From Squalus acanthias (Eukaryota), in contig CM059431.1 in the NCBI GenBank assembly GCA_030390025.1, positions 136,774,001 through 136,838,000 on the forward strand: 64,000 bases of DNA. Direction: 5' to 3'. Both the position numbers and the translations under genes were made by a program. Positions within the stretch are counted from its first letter, which is position 1; each line of letters opens with the position of its first letter. This document shows positions 26,101 to 38,700 of the stretch, piece by piece. The notes under the pieces are model-generated. The model had not been told where the DNA came from. It did not search any database and saw only the letters and a program-made list of their open reading frames with translations.

Positions 26101-29100
26101 GGTCATTGGGGTGTGGGTGTGGGGCTGGGTCAGTGGGGTGTGGGATTGTGTCTGGGTCAGTGGGGTTTGTGTGTGGAGCTCGGTCAGTGGGGTGTGGGTG
26201 TGGGGCTGGTTCAGTGGAGCTTGTGTGTGGGGCTGGGTCATGGGGTGTGGGGCTGGGTCAATGGGGTTTGGGTGTGGGGCTGGGTCAGTGGAGTGTGGGT
26301 GTGGGGCTGGGTCAGTGGGGTGTGGGTGTGGGGCTGGCTCAGTGGGGTGTGGGTGTGGGGCTGGGTCAATGGGGTGTAAGTGTGGCTCTGGGTCAGTGGG
26401 GTGTGGGGCTGGTTCAGTGGGGTGTGGGTGTGGGGCTGTGTCAGTAGAGTGTGGGTGTGTGGCTGGGCCAGTGGTGTGAGGGTGTGGGTCTGGGTCAGTG
26501 GGATGTGGGTGTGGGGCTGCGTCAGTGGGGTGTCAGTGTGGGGCTGGGTCAGTGGGGTTTGGGTGTGAGTCTGGGTCAGTGGAGTGTGGGTGTGGGACTG
26601 GGTCAGTGGGCTATCGGTGTGGGGCTGCGTCAGTGCGGTGTCAGTGTGGGGCTGGGTCAGTGGTTTTTGGTTTGGGCTGGGTCAGTGGGGTGTGTTTGTG
26701 GGGTTGGGTAAGTGGCGTGTGGGTGTGCGGCTGGGTCAGTGGGGTGTGGGTGTGGGGCTGGGTCTGTGGGGTGTGGATGTGGGGCTGGGTCAGTGGGGTG
26801 TGGATGTGAGGCTGTGTCAGTGGGGTGTGGGTGTGGGGCTGGGTTAGTAGGTTTTGGTTTGGGGCTTGGTAAGTTGTGTGTGGGTGTGTGGCTGGTTCAG
26901 TGGTATTTGGGTGTGGGGCTGTATCAGTTTTGTGTGGGTATGAGGCTGGGTCAGTGGGGTGTGGGTGTGGGCCTGGGTCATTGGGGTGTGGGGCAGGGTC
27001 AGTGGGATGTGGGTGTGGGCCTGGGTCAGTGGGTTTTGGGGCTGGGTCAGTGGGGTGTGGGGCTGGGTCAATGGTGTGTGGTGCTGTGTCAGTGGGGTGA
27101 GGGGCTGGGTCAGTGGGGTGTGGGTGTGGGCCTGGGTCATTGGGGTGTGGGGCAGGGTCAGTGGGGTGTGGGTGTGGGCCTGGGTCAGTGGGTTTTGGGG
27201 CTGGGTCAGTGGGGTGTGGGGCTGGGTCAATGGTGTGTGGTGCTGTGTCAGTGGGGTGAGGGGCTGGGTCAGTGGGGTGTGCGGCTGAAAAGTGGGTGTG
27301 GGGCTGGGTTAGTGGGGTGTGGGGCTGGGTTAGTGGGGTGTGGGGCTGGGTTAGTGGTGTGTGGGTGTGGCGCTGGGTCAGTGATTTGTAAGTGTGGGAC
27401 TGGGTCAGTGATGTGTGGGGATGGGTCAGTGCGGTGTGGGTGTGGGGCTGGGTCAGTGGAGTGTGGGTGTGTGTCTGGGTCAGTGGGATGTGGGGCTGGG
27501 TAAGTGGGGTTTGGGTGTGGGACTGGGTCAGTGGGGTTTGGGTCTGGAGCTCGGTCAGTGGGGTGTGTGGCTGGGTCAGTGGGGTGTCGTGTGGGGCTGG
27601 TTCAGTGGGGTGTGTGTGTGGTTCTGGGTCAGTAGCGTGAGGGTGTGCGGCTGGGTCAGTGGGGTGTTGGTGTGGGGCTGGGTCAGTGGTGTGTGGATGT
27701 GGGGCTGGGTCAGTGGGGTGTGGATGTGAGGCTGTGTCAGTGGGGTGTGGGTGTGGGGCTGCGTCAGTGGGGTGTCAGTGTGGGGCTGGGTCAGTGGTTT
27801 TTGGTTTGGGGCTGGGTCAGTGGGGTGTGCTTGTGGGGCTGGGTTAGTGGGCTTTGCTTTGGGAGAGCGTCAGTTGGGTGTGGGTGTTGGGCTGGGTCAG
27901 TGGGGTGTGGGTGTGGGGCTGGGTCAGTGGGGTGTGGGTGTTGGGCTGGGTCAGTGGGTTGTGGGTGTGGTGCTGAGTCCGTGGGGTTTGGGTGTGGCGC
28001 TGAGTCAGTGGGGTTTGGGTGTCGGGCTGGGTCAGTGGGGTTTGGGTGTGGGGCTGTGTCAGTGGGGTGTGTGTGTGGGGCTGAGTCAGTGGGGTTTGGG
28101 TGTGGGGCTGGGTCAGTGGGGTTTGGGTGTGGGGCTGGGTCAGTGGGATGTGGGTGTGGGGCTGTGTCAGTGGGGTGTGGGGCTGGGTCAGTGGGGTGTG
28201 ACTATGAGGCTGGGTCAGTGGGTTTTGATTGTGGGGCTGGGGCAGTGGTGTGTTTGTGTTGGGCTGGGTCAGTGGGGTTTGGATGTGGGGCTGTTTCAGT
28301 GGGGTGTCGGTGTAGGACTGGGTCAGTGGGTTGTAAGTGTTTGGCTGGGTCAGTGGGGTGTTGGTTTGGGTCTGGGTCAGTGATTTGTGGGTGTGGGGCT
28401 GGGTCATTGGGGTGTGGGTGTGGGGCTGGGTCAGCGGGGTGTGGGATTGGGTCTGGTCATGAGGCGTGGGTGTGGGGCTGGGTCAGTGAGGTGTGGGTGT
28501 GGGGCTGGGTCAGTGGGGTGTGGGTGTGGGGCTGGGTCAGTGTAGTGTGTGTGTGGGGCTTGGTCAGTGAGGTGTGGGTGTGCGGCTGGGTCAGTGGGGT
28601 GTGGATGTTGGGCTGGGTCAGTGGGGTGTGGGTGTGGGGCTGGGTCAGTGGGGTGTGGGCGTATGGGCTGGGTCTGTGGGGTGTGGGTGTGGGGCTGAGT
28701 CCGTGGGGTTTGGGTGTGGCGCTGTGTCAGTGGGGTTTGGGTGTCGGGCTGGGTCAGTGGGGTGTGGGTGTGGGGCTGAGTCAGTGGGGTTTTGGTGTTT
28801 GGCTGGGTGAGTGAGGTGTGGGTGTTTGGCTGGGTCAGTGAGGTGTGGGTTTGCGGCTGGGTCAGTGGGGTGTGGGTGTTGGGGTGGGTCAGTGGGGTGT
28901 GGGTGTGGGGTGGGTCAGTGTGGTGTGGGTGTTGGGCTGGGTCAGTGGGGTGTGGGTGTGGGGCTGAGTCCGTGGGGTTTGGGTGTTGCGCTGGGTCAGT
29001 GGAGTTAGAGTGTAGGGCTGGGTCAGTGTGGTTTGGGTGTGGGGCTGTGTCAGTGGGGTTTGGGTGAGGGGCTGAGTCAGTGGGGGTGGGTGTAGTGCTG

Positions 29101-32100
29101 GGTCAGTGGGGTTTGGGTGTGGGGCTGGGTCAGTGGGGTGTGGGGCTGGGTCAGTGGGGTGTGACTATGAGGCTGGTCAGTGAGGTGTGGTTGTGGGGCT
29201 TTGTCAGTGGTGTGTCTGTGTGGGGCTGGGTCAGTGGGGTTTGGATGTGGGGCTGGGTCAGTGGGGTGTCGGTGTAGGACTGGGTCAGTGGGTTGTAAGT
29301 GTATGGCTGGGTCAGTGGGGTGTGGGTTTGGGTCTGGGTCAGTGATTTGTGGGTGTGGTTCTGGGTCATTGGGGTGTGGGTGTGGGGCTGGGTCAGTTGG
29401 GTGTTGATGTGGGTCTAGTTCAGTGGGGTGTGTGTGTGGCTCGGTCATGGGGTGTGGGTGTAGGGCTGGGTCAGTGGGGTGTAGATGTGAGGCTGTGTCA
29501 GTGGGGTGTGGGTGTGGGGCTGCGTCAGTGTGTTGTCAGTGTGGTGCTGAGTCAGTGGGGTTTTTGGTTTGGGGCTGGGTCAGTGGGGTGTGTTTGTGTG
29601 GGTGGGTTAGTGGGTTTTGGTTTGGGGGAGCGTCAGTGGGGTGTGGGTGTGGGCCTGAGTCAGTGGGGTTTGGGTGTGTGGCTGGGTCAGTGGGGTTTGG
29701 GTGTGGGGCTGGGTCAGTGGGGTGTGGGGTTGTGTCAGTAGGGTTTGGGGCTGGGTCAATGGGGTGTGACTATGAGGCTGGGTCAGTGGGGTGTGGTTGT
29801 GGGCCTGGGTCAGTGGTGTGTTTGTGTGGGTCTTGGTCAGTGGGGTTTGGATGTGGGGCTGGGTCAGTGGGGTGTCGGTGTAGGACTGGGTCAGTGGGTT
29901 GTAAGTGTGTGGCTGGGTCAGTGATTTGTGGGTGTGGGTCTGGGTCATTGGGGTGTGGGTGTGGGGCTTGGTCAGTGGGGTGTGGGATTGGATCTGGGTC
30001 AGTGATTTGTGGGTGTGGGGATGGGTCATTGGGGTGTGGGTGTGGGGCTGGGTCAGTGGGGTGTGGGATTGTGTCTGGGTCAGTGGGGTTTGTGTGTGGA
30101 GCTCGGTCAGTGGGGTGTGGGTGTGGGGCTGGTTCAGTGGAGCTTGTGTGTGGGGCTGGGTCATGGGGTGTGGGGCTGGGTCAATGGGGTTTGGGTGTGG
30201 GGCTGGGTCAGTGGAGTGTGGGTGTGGGGCTGGGTCAGTGGGGTGTGGGTGTGGGGCTGGCTCAGTGGGGTGTGGGTGTGGGGCTGGGTCAATGGGGTGT
30301 AAGTGTGGCTCTGGGTCAGTGGGGTGTGGGGCTGGTTCAGTGGGGTGTGGGTGTGGGGCTGTGTCAGTAGAGTGTGGGTGTGTGGCTGGGCCAGTGGTGT
30401 GAGGGTGTGGGTCTGGGTCAGTGGGATGTGGGTGTGGGGCTGCGTCAGTGGGGTGTCAGTGTGGGGCTGGGTCAGTGGGGTTTGGGTGTGAGTCTGGGTC
30501 AGTGGAGTGTGGGTGTGGGACTGGGTCAGTGGGCTATGGGTGTGGGGCTGCGTCAGTGCGGTGTCAGTGTGGGGCTGGGTCAGTGGTTTTTGGTTTGGGC
30601 TGGGTCAGTGGGGTGTGTTTGTGGGGTTGGGTAAGTGGCGTGTGGGTGTGCGGCTGGGTCAGTGGGGTGTGGGTGTGGGGCTGGGTCAGTGGGGTGTGGA
30701 TGTGGGGCTGGGTCAGTGGGGTGTGGATGTGAGGCTGTGTCAGTGGGGTGTGGGTGTGGGGCTGGGTTAGTAGGTTTTGGTTTGGGGCTTGGTAAGTTGT
30801 GTGTGGGTGTGTGGCTGGTTCAGTGGTATTTGGGTGTGGGGCTGTATCAGTTTTGTGTGGGTATGAGGCTGGGTCAGTGGGGTGTGGGTGTGGGCCTGGG
30901 TCATTGGGGTGTGGGGCAGGGTCAGTGGGGTGTGGGTGTGGGCCTGGGTCAGTGGGGTGTGGGGCTGGGTTAGTTGGGTGTGGGCCTGCGTCAGTGGGGT
31001 GTGGGTCTGCGTCAGTGGGGTGTGGGTCTGGGGCTGGGTCAGTGGGATGTGGGGCTGGATCAGTGGGGTTTGTCTGTGGGGCTGGGTCAGTGGGGTGTGG
31101 GATTGGGTCTGGGTCAGTGAGGTGTGGGTGTGGGGCTGGGTCAGTGAGGTGTGGGTGTGGGGCTGGGTCAGTGAGGTGTGGGTGTGGTGCTGGGTCAGTG
31201 AGGTGTGGTTGTGGGGCTGGGTCAGTGGGGTGTGTGTTTGGGTCTGGGTCATTGGGGTGTGGGTGTGGGGCTGGGTCAGTGTGGTGTGGGTTTGGGTCTG
31301 GGCCAGTGAGGTGTCGGTGACGGGCTGGGTCAGTGGGGTGTGGGTGTGGGGCTGGGTCAGTGAGGTGTGTGTGTGGGGCTGGGTCAGTGGGGTGGTGATG
31401 TGAGGCTGGGTCAGTGGGGTGTGGGGCAGGGTCAGTTGGGTGTGGGGCTGCGTCAGTGGGGTGTTGTTGTGGGTCTGGTTCAGTGATGTTTGTGTGTGGG
31501 GCTCGGTCAGTGGGGTCTGGGTGTGGGGCTGGTTCAGTGGAGCTTAGGTGTGGGGCTGGGTCATGGCGTGTGGGGCTGGGTCAGTGGTGTTTGAGTGTGG
31601 GGCTGGGTCAGTGGCATGTAAGTGTGGGGCTGGGTCAGTGGGGTGTGGGGCTGGGTCAATGGGGTGTGGGTGTGGGGCTGGGTCAGTGGAGTGTGGGTGT
31701 GGGGCTGGGTCAGTGGGGAGTGGGTGTGGGGCTGGCTCAGTTGTGTGTGGGTGTGGGGCTGGGTCAATGGGGTGTAAGTGTAGGGCTGGGTCAGTGGGGT
31801 GTGGGGCTGGTTCAGTGGCGTGTGGGTGTAGGGCTGTGTCAGTGGGATGTGGGTGTGGGGCTGGGTCAGTGGGGTGTTGTTGTGGTTCTGGGTCAGTGGG
31901 ATGTGGGTGTGGGGCTGCGTCAGTGGGGTGTCAGTGTGTGGCTGGGTCAGTGGGGTTTGGGTGTGGGGCTGGGTCAGTGGGGTGTGGGTGTGGTTCTGGG
32001 TCAGTGGGATGTGGGTGTGGGGCTGCGTCAGTGGGGTGTCAGTGTGGGGCTGTGTCAGTGGTTTTTGGTTTGGTGCTGGGTCAGTGGGGTGTGTTTGTGG

Positions 32101-35100
32101 GGCTGGGTAAGTGGCGTGTGGGTGTGCGGCTATGTCAGTGGGGTGTGGGTGTGGGGCTGCGTCAGTGGGGTGTCAGTGTGGGGCTGGGTCAGTGGTTTTT
32201 GGTTTGGAGCTGGGTCAGTGGGGTGTGTTTGTGGGGCTATGTTAGTGGGTTTTGGTTTGGGGGAGGGTCAGTTGGGTGTGGGTTTTGGGCTTGGTCAGTG
32301 GGGTGTGGGGCAGGGTCAGTGGTGTGTGGGTGATGGGCTGGGTCAGTGGAGTGTGAGTGTGGGGCTGTGTAAGTGGGTTTTAGTTTGGGGCTGTATCAGT
32401 GGGATGTGGGTGTGGGGCTGGGTTAGTGGGTTTTGGTTTGGGGCTTGGTAAGTTGTGTGTGGGTGTTTGGCTGGGTCAGTGGTATTTGGATGTGGGGCTG
32501 TATCAGTTGTGCGTGGGTGTGAGGCTGTGTCAGTGGGGTGGGGGTGTGGGCCTTGGTCAGTGGGGTGTGGGGCTGGGTTAGTGGGGTGTGGGCCTGCATC
32601 AGTGGGGTGTGGGTCTGGGGCTGGGTCAGTGGGATGTGGGGCTGTGTCAGTGGGGTTTGTCAGTGGGGCTGGGTCAGTGGGGTGTGGGTGTGGGGCTTGG
32701 TCGGTGGGGTGTGGGTGTGGGGCTGGGTCAGTGGGGTGTGGGTGTGAGGCTTGGTCAGTGGAGTGTGGGTGAGTGGCTGTGTCGGTGGGTTTTGGGGTGG
32801 GGCTGGGACAGTGGGGTGTGAGTGTGAGACTGGATCAGTGGGCTGTGGGGCTGCCTCAGTGGGGTGTGGCTGTGGGGCATTGTCAGTGGGGTGAGGGTGT
32901 GGGTCTGTGTCTGTGCGATGTGGGTGTGTGGGTGTGTGGCTGGGTCAGTGGTGTGTCGGTTTGGGGCTGGGTCAGCGGGGTGTGGGTGTGGGGCTGGGTC
33001 AGTGGGGTGTGGGTGTGGGGCTGGGTCAATGGGATGTCGGGCTGGGTCAATGGTGTGTGGTTGTGGGGCTGTGTCAGTGGGGTGTGTGTGTGGGTTAGTT
33101 GGGAATGGGTGTGGGGCTGTGTCAGTGGGGTTTGGCTGTGGGTCAGTGGGCTGTGGGTGTGGGGATGTGTCAGTGGGGTGTGGGGCTGGATCAGTGCGCT
33201 GTGGGTGTAGGGATGTGTCAGTGGGGTGTGGATGTGTGTCAGTGGGGTGTGGGTGTGTGGCTGGGTCAGTGAGATGTGGGGTGTGGGGCTGGGTCAGTGC
33301 GGTGAGGTTTTGGAGCTGGGTCAGTGGGTTCTGGGTGTGGGGCTGGGTCAGTGCGGTGTGGGTGTGGGGCTGGTTCAGTGGGGTGTGGGTGTGGGGCTTG
33401 GTCAGTGAGTTTCGTGTGTGGGCCTGGGTCAGTGGGGTGTGGGTTTGGGGCTGAGTCAGTGTGGTGTGGGTGTGGTGCTGGGTCAGTGGGGTCTGGGTCT
33501 GGGGCTGGGTCAGTGGTGTGTGGGTGTGGGGCTTTGCCAGAGGAGTGTGGTTGTGGTGCTGGGTCAGTGGGGTGTGGGTGTGGGGCTGGGTCGGAGGGTT
33601 GTCGGTGTAGCGCTGGGTCAGTGGGGTGTCGATGTAGGGCTGGGACAATGGGGTGTAAGTGTAGGGTTGGGACAATGAGGTGTCGGTGTAGGGCTGGGAC
33701 AATGGGGTGTCGGTGTAGGGCTGGGACAATGGGGTGTCGGTGTAGGGCTGGGACAATGGGGTTTTGGTGTAGGGTTGGGTCAGTGGGGAGTCGGTGTAGG
33801 GCTGGGACAATGGGGTGTCAGTGTAGGGCTGGGACAATGGGGTGTCGGTGTAGTGCTGGGACAATGGAGTTTCGGTGTAGGGCTGGGACAATGGGGTGTC
33901 GGTGTAGGGTTGGGTCAGTGGGGAGTCGGTGTAGGGCTGGGACAATGGGGTTTCGGTGTAGGGCTGGGACAATGGGATGTAAGTGTAGGTTTGGGACAAT
34001 GAGGTGTCGGTGTAGTGCTGGGACAATGGGGTGGCGTTGTAGGGCTCGGACAATGGGGTGTTGGTGTAGGGCTGGGACAATGGGGTGTCGGTGTAGGGCT
34101 GGGACAATGGGGTGTCGGTGTAGGGCTGGGACAATGGGGTGTCGGTGTAGGGTTGGGTCAGTGGGGAGTCGGTGTAGGGCTGGGACAATGGGGTGTCGGT
34201 GTAGGGCTGGGACAATGGGGTGTAAGTGTAGGGTTGGGACAATGAGGTGTCGGTGTAGGGCTGGGACAATGGGGTGTCGGTGTAGGGTTGGGTCAGTGGG
34301 GAGTCGGTGTAGGGCTGGGACAAAGGGGTGTCGGTGTAGGGCTGTGTCAATGGGGTGTCGGTGTAGTGCTGGGACAATGGGGTGTTGGTGTAGTGCTGGG
34401 ACAATGGGGTGTCGGTGTAGTGTTGGGTCAGTGGGGAGTCGGTGTAGGGCTGGGACAATGGGGTGTCGGTGTATGGCTGGGACAATGGGGTGTAAGTGTA
34501 GGGTTGGGACAATGAGGTGTCGGTGTAGTGCTGGGACAATGGGGTGTCGGTGTAGTGCTGGGACAATGGAGTTTCGGTGTAGTGCTGGGACAATGGGGTG
34601 TTGGTGTAGGGCTGGGACAATGGGGTGTCGGTGTAGGGCTGGGGCAAATGGGTATCGGTTTAGGGCTGGGGCAATGGGGTGTCAGTGTAGGGCTGTGACA
34701 ATGAGGTGTCGGTGTAGGGCTGGGGCAATGGGGTGTCGGTGTAGGGTTGGGACAATGGGGTTTTCTTGTAGGGCTGGGGCAAAGGGGTATCGGTTTAGGG
34801 CTCGGGCAATGGGGTGTCAGTGTAGGGCTGGGACAATGAGGTGTCGGTGTAGTGCTGGGACAATGGGGTGTCGGTGTAGGGCTGGGACAATGGGGTGTCG
34901 GTGTAGGGCTGGGACAATGGGGTGTCGGTGTAGGGCATGGGTCAGTGGGGAGTCGGTGTGGGGCTGGAACAATGGGGTGTTGGTGTAGGGCTGGGGCAAT
35001 GGGGTGTGGGTGTAGCGCTGGGAAAATGGAGTGTGGGTGTAGGGTTGGATCAGTGGCTAATAGGTGTCCGGCTGTTTCAAATTGATGTAGATAGAGGGCT

Positions 35101-35160
35101 GTGTCAGTGAAACGTGGTCAGTGCGGTTTGGGGCTGGATCAGTGCGATGTCGGTCTGGGA
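23130..35160. repeat. G-rich 27-bp (and 21-bp) satellite GGGGCTGGGTCAGTGGGGTGTGGGTGT; distal sub-array TGTAGGGCTGGGACAATGGGGTGTCGG at about 33600-35040
   Basis: Units read directly. A 3923-bp higher-order duplication is marked by gcggctgaaaagt at 23358 and 27281. Confidence 0.97.
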
Positions 35161-35164
35161 ATTT

Positions 35165-35510
35165 GCTGAATAGGGGGATGTAGTTTTTGCTTTTTGCAAA
35201 CACTACTTGTAGTGCTTTGTGTTCTCGGTAGATTTTTAATTTCAGTACTCTTAACTTAATCTAAATCAAATAACTAGTCAAGAAAATAAACTGTAAACTA
35301 AGTTGTCTAATCACAAATGTATTTAAATTTAATTAATTAAAACAATGTCTTGTAGGGCTGGCAGTGCAGGTGGTGTGCTTAAACTGCAGCTTTGGGAGTT
35401 TGTGGAGAGCATTGTGATGCTGGATAGCCACGTTTGCAGTAACGAGCTGGATTCTGAAGTGCAGACATTGCGGGGCATCAGGGATGTGGACAATTACCTG
35501 GAAACTTATC
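35165..35510 (+). mobile_element. CR1 5' UTR/ORF1 zinc-finger fragment
   Basis: ggcagtgcaggtggtgtgc...gggagtttgtggagagcattgtgat...gcagacattgcgg matches 45738-45890. Confidence 0.7.
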
Positions 35511-35745
35511 CAAGATTGTGACCCAGGGTTCTAGACTCCCCAGCCAGGAAAAACATCCTCCCTGCATCTACCCTGTCAAGCCCTATAATAATTTTGTATT
35601 TTTCAATGAGATCACCTCACATTCATCTAATCTCGAGAGAGTATAGGCCTATTCTGCTCAATCTCTCATCATAGGACAATCCCCCCAATCCAGGAACCAG
35701 TCTGGTGAACCTTCGTTTCACTCCCTCTGCGGCAAGTATATCCTT
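35510..35745 (-). mobile_element. CR1 ORF2 fragment (host element, left part; continues at 39512-39910)
   Basis: Peptide KDILAAEGVKRRFTRLVPGLGGLSYDERLSRIGLYSLE. The junction caagtatatcctt joined to ccttaggtaagg (39514) reconstitutes the sequence seen intact at 42921-42945. Confidence 0.8.
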
Positions 35746-38700
35746 GAGTAAGAGGTGCAAGCAGGTAGTGCAGGGGTCCCCTGTGGCCATCCCCCTCTGC
35801 AACAGATATACCACTTTGGATGCTGTTGGGGGGGGATGACTTATCAGGGGAAGGCGGCAGCAGCCAACTTCCTGGCACCATGGGTGGCTCTGCTGCACAG
35901 GCTGGGAGGAAAAAGTCTGGAAGAACTATAGTGATAGGGGACCCAATTGTAAGGGGAATAGATAGGCGTTTCTGCGGCCGCAAACGATACTCCAGGATGG
36001 TGTGTTGCCTCCCTGGTGCAAGGGTCAAGGACGTCTCGGAGCGGCTACAGAACATTTTGGAGGGGAAGGACGAACAACTAGTTGTCGTGGTGCACATAGG
36101 CATCAACGATATAGGTAAAAAACGGGATGAGGTCCTAAAAGCAGAATATAGGGAGTTAGGAGGTAAATAAAAAAGTGGACCTCAAAGGTAGTAATCTCAG
36201 GATTGCTAACAGTACCACGTGCTAGTCAGAGTAGAAATAGGAGGATATTTCAAATGAATACGTGGCTAGAGGAATGGTGCAAGGCGGAGGGATTCAAATT
36301 TCTTGGACATTGGAACCGGTTCTGGGGGAGGTGGGACCAGTACAAACGGGACGGAATGCACCTGGGCAGGGCCGGGACCGATGTCCTCGGGGGAGTGATT
36401 GCTCGTGCTGTTGGGGAGGGTTTAAACTAAAGTGGCAGGGGGTTGGGAACCTGAGCAGGGAGACAGAGTACAGGGAAACAAGGATAAAAGCTAAAGACAG
36501 CAAGGAGAAAAACAAAAGTAGAAGGCAAAGAACTCAACGGTTTAAATCATACATGGTCACTTTAAATAATAATTCATATAGGTCTGAGAGCGTTAAAAAA
36601 CAAGCCTGAAGGCTTTGTGTGTTAATGAGAGGAGCATTCGGAACAAGTTGGATGAATTAGCTGTGCAAATAGAGGTAAATGAATACGATTTGATTTGGAT
36701 TACAGAAACATGGCTCCAGGGTGGCCAAGGCTAGGAACTCATCATCCAGGTTTATTCAATATTTAGGAAAGATAGGCAAAGAAGAAAGGGAGCTGGGGTA
36801 GCATTGCTGATTAAAGAGGGGATTAACACAATTGAAAGGAAGGATATTAGCTCTGATGATGCGGAATCTGTATGGGTAGAACTGAGAAATAACAAGGGGC
36901 AGAAAACGTTAGTGGGAGTGGTATATAGACCTCATAACAGTAATACGGTGGTTTGAGACGGCATTAAAAGGGAAATTAGAGAAGCATGCAGCAAGGGCAC
37001 AGCAGTAATCATGGGTGACTTTAATTTACATATAGATTGGGCTAACCAAATTAATAAAAATACTGTGGAGGAGGAATTCCTAGAATGTTTACGAGATGGT
37101 TTTCTGGAACAATATGTCGAGGAACCAACCAGACATCAAACATCTTAGACTGGGTATTATGTAACGAGAAAGGATTAATTAGCAATCTTGTTGTACGAGG
37201 CCCCTTGGGTCAGAGTGATCATAATATGATAGAATTCTTCATTAGGATGCAGAGTGAAGTAGTTGAATCAGAGACTAGGGTCCTGAATTTAAATAAAGGA
37301 AACTACGATGGTATGAGGTGCGAATTGGGTAGGATTGATTGGGGAATGTCACTCAAGGGGTTGTCGATGGATAGGCAATAGCAAACATTCAAAGACTGCA
37401 TGGATGAACTACAGAATTTGTTAATCGCAGTGTGGCATCAGAATAGAACAAAAAGGCTGACTCAACCGTGGCTAACAAGGGAAACTAGGGATAGCATAAG
37501 ATCCAAGGCGAGGTATATAAATTGGCCAGAAAAAGCGGTAACCCTGAGGATTGGGAGCAGTTTAGGATTAAACAAAGGAGGACAAAGGGATTAATTAAGA
37601 AGAGGAAAATAGAATATGAAAGTAAGTTTGCTGGGAACATAAAAACTGACTGTAAGAGCTTTTATAGATATGTGAAGAGAAAAAGATTAGTGAAATCAAT
37701 TGTAGGTCCCTTGCATTCAGAAGCGGGGTAAGTTATAATGGGGAACAAAGAAATGGAAAACCAATTAAATGCATATTTTGGTTCTGTCTTCACAAAGGAG
37801 GACACAAATAACCTCCCAGAGATGTTGGAGAACATACGGTCTGATGAAAGGGAGGAACTGAAAGAAATCAGTATTTGCAGGGAAATGGTGTTATGGAAAT
37901 TGACGGGATTGAAGGCCGATAAATCCCCAGGGCCTGATAATCTACATCCTAGGGTATTTAAGGAAGTGGCCCTAGAAATAGTAGATGCATTGCTGATCAT
38001 CTTCCAACATTCGATGGAATCTGGAACTGTACCCATGGATTGGAGTGTAGCTAATGTTACCCCACTATTCGGAAAGTGTGGTAGAGAGAATGCGGGGAAT
38101 TACAGACCGGTAAGCCTGACATCGGTATTGGGGAATATGCTACTGTCTATTATAAAGGATGTAATGGCTGAGCACCAGAAAAACAGTGACAGGATCGGAC
38201 AAAGTCAACATGGATTTACAAAAGGTAAATCGTGCTTGACTAATCTACTGGAATGTTTTGAGGATGTAACTGGGAAAATAAATAAGGGAGAAACAGTAGA
38301 TATGGTGTATTTGGACTTTCAAAAGGCTTTCGATAAGGTCCTGCATAAGAGATTAGCGTGTAAAGTTAAGGCACATGGGATTGGGGGCAAGGTATTGATT
38401 TGGATAGAGAACTGGTTGGCGGACAGAAAGCAGAGAGTAGGAATTAATGGGTCTTTTTTCCGATTGGCAAGCAGTGACTGGTGGGGTACCGCAGGGATCG
38501 GTCCTTGGACCCCAGCTATTCACAATATACATTAATGATCTAGATAAGGGAACTAAATGTAATATCTCCAAGTTTGCAGATGACACAAAGCTGGGTGGGA
38601 GTGTGTGCTGCGAGGAGGATACCGAGAAACTCCAGGATGATTTGGACAGGTTGGGTGTGGGCAGAAGCGTGGCAGATGCAATATAACGTGGATAAGTGCG

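Noticed and set aside
23058..35085. Gly/Cys/Val-rich and PLTQPYTDT-repeat ORFs resembling keratin-associated proteins or mucins
   Set aside because: Same satellite artefact: low-A composition suppresses stop codons and overlapping ORFs occur in all frames.
23130..35160. Telomeric or interstitial telomeric array
   Set aside because: No (TTAGGG)n is present; the unit is a 27/21-bp minisatellite.
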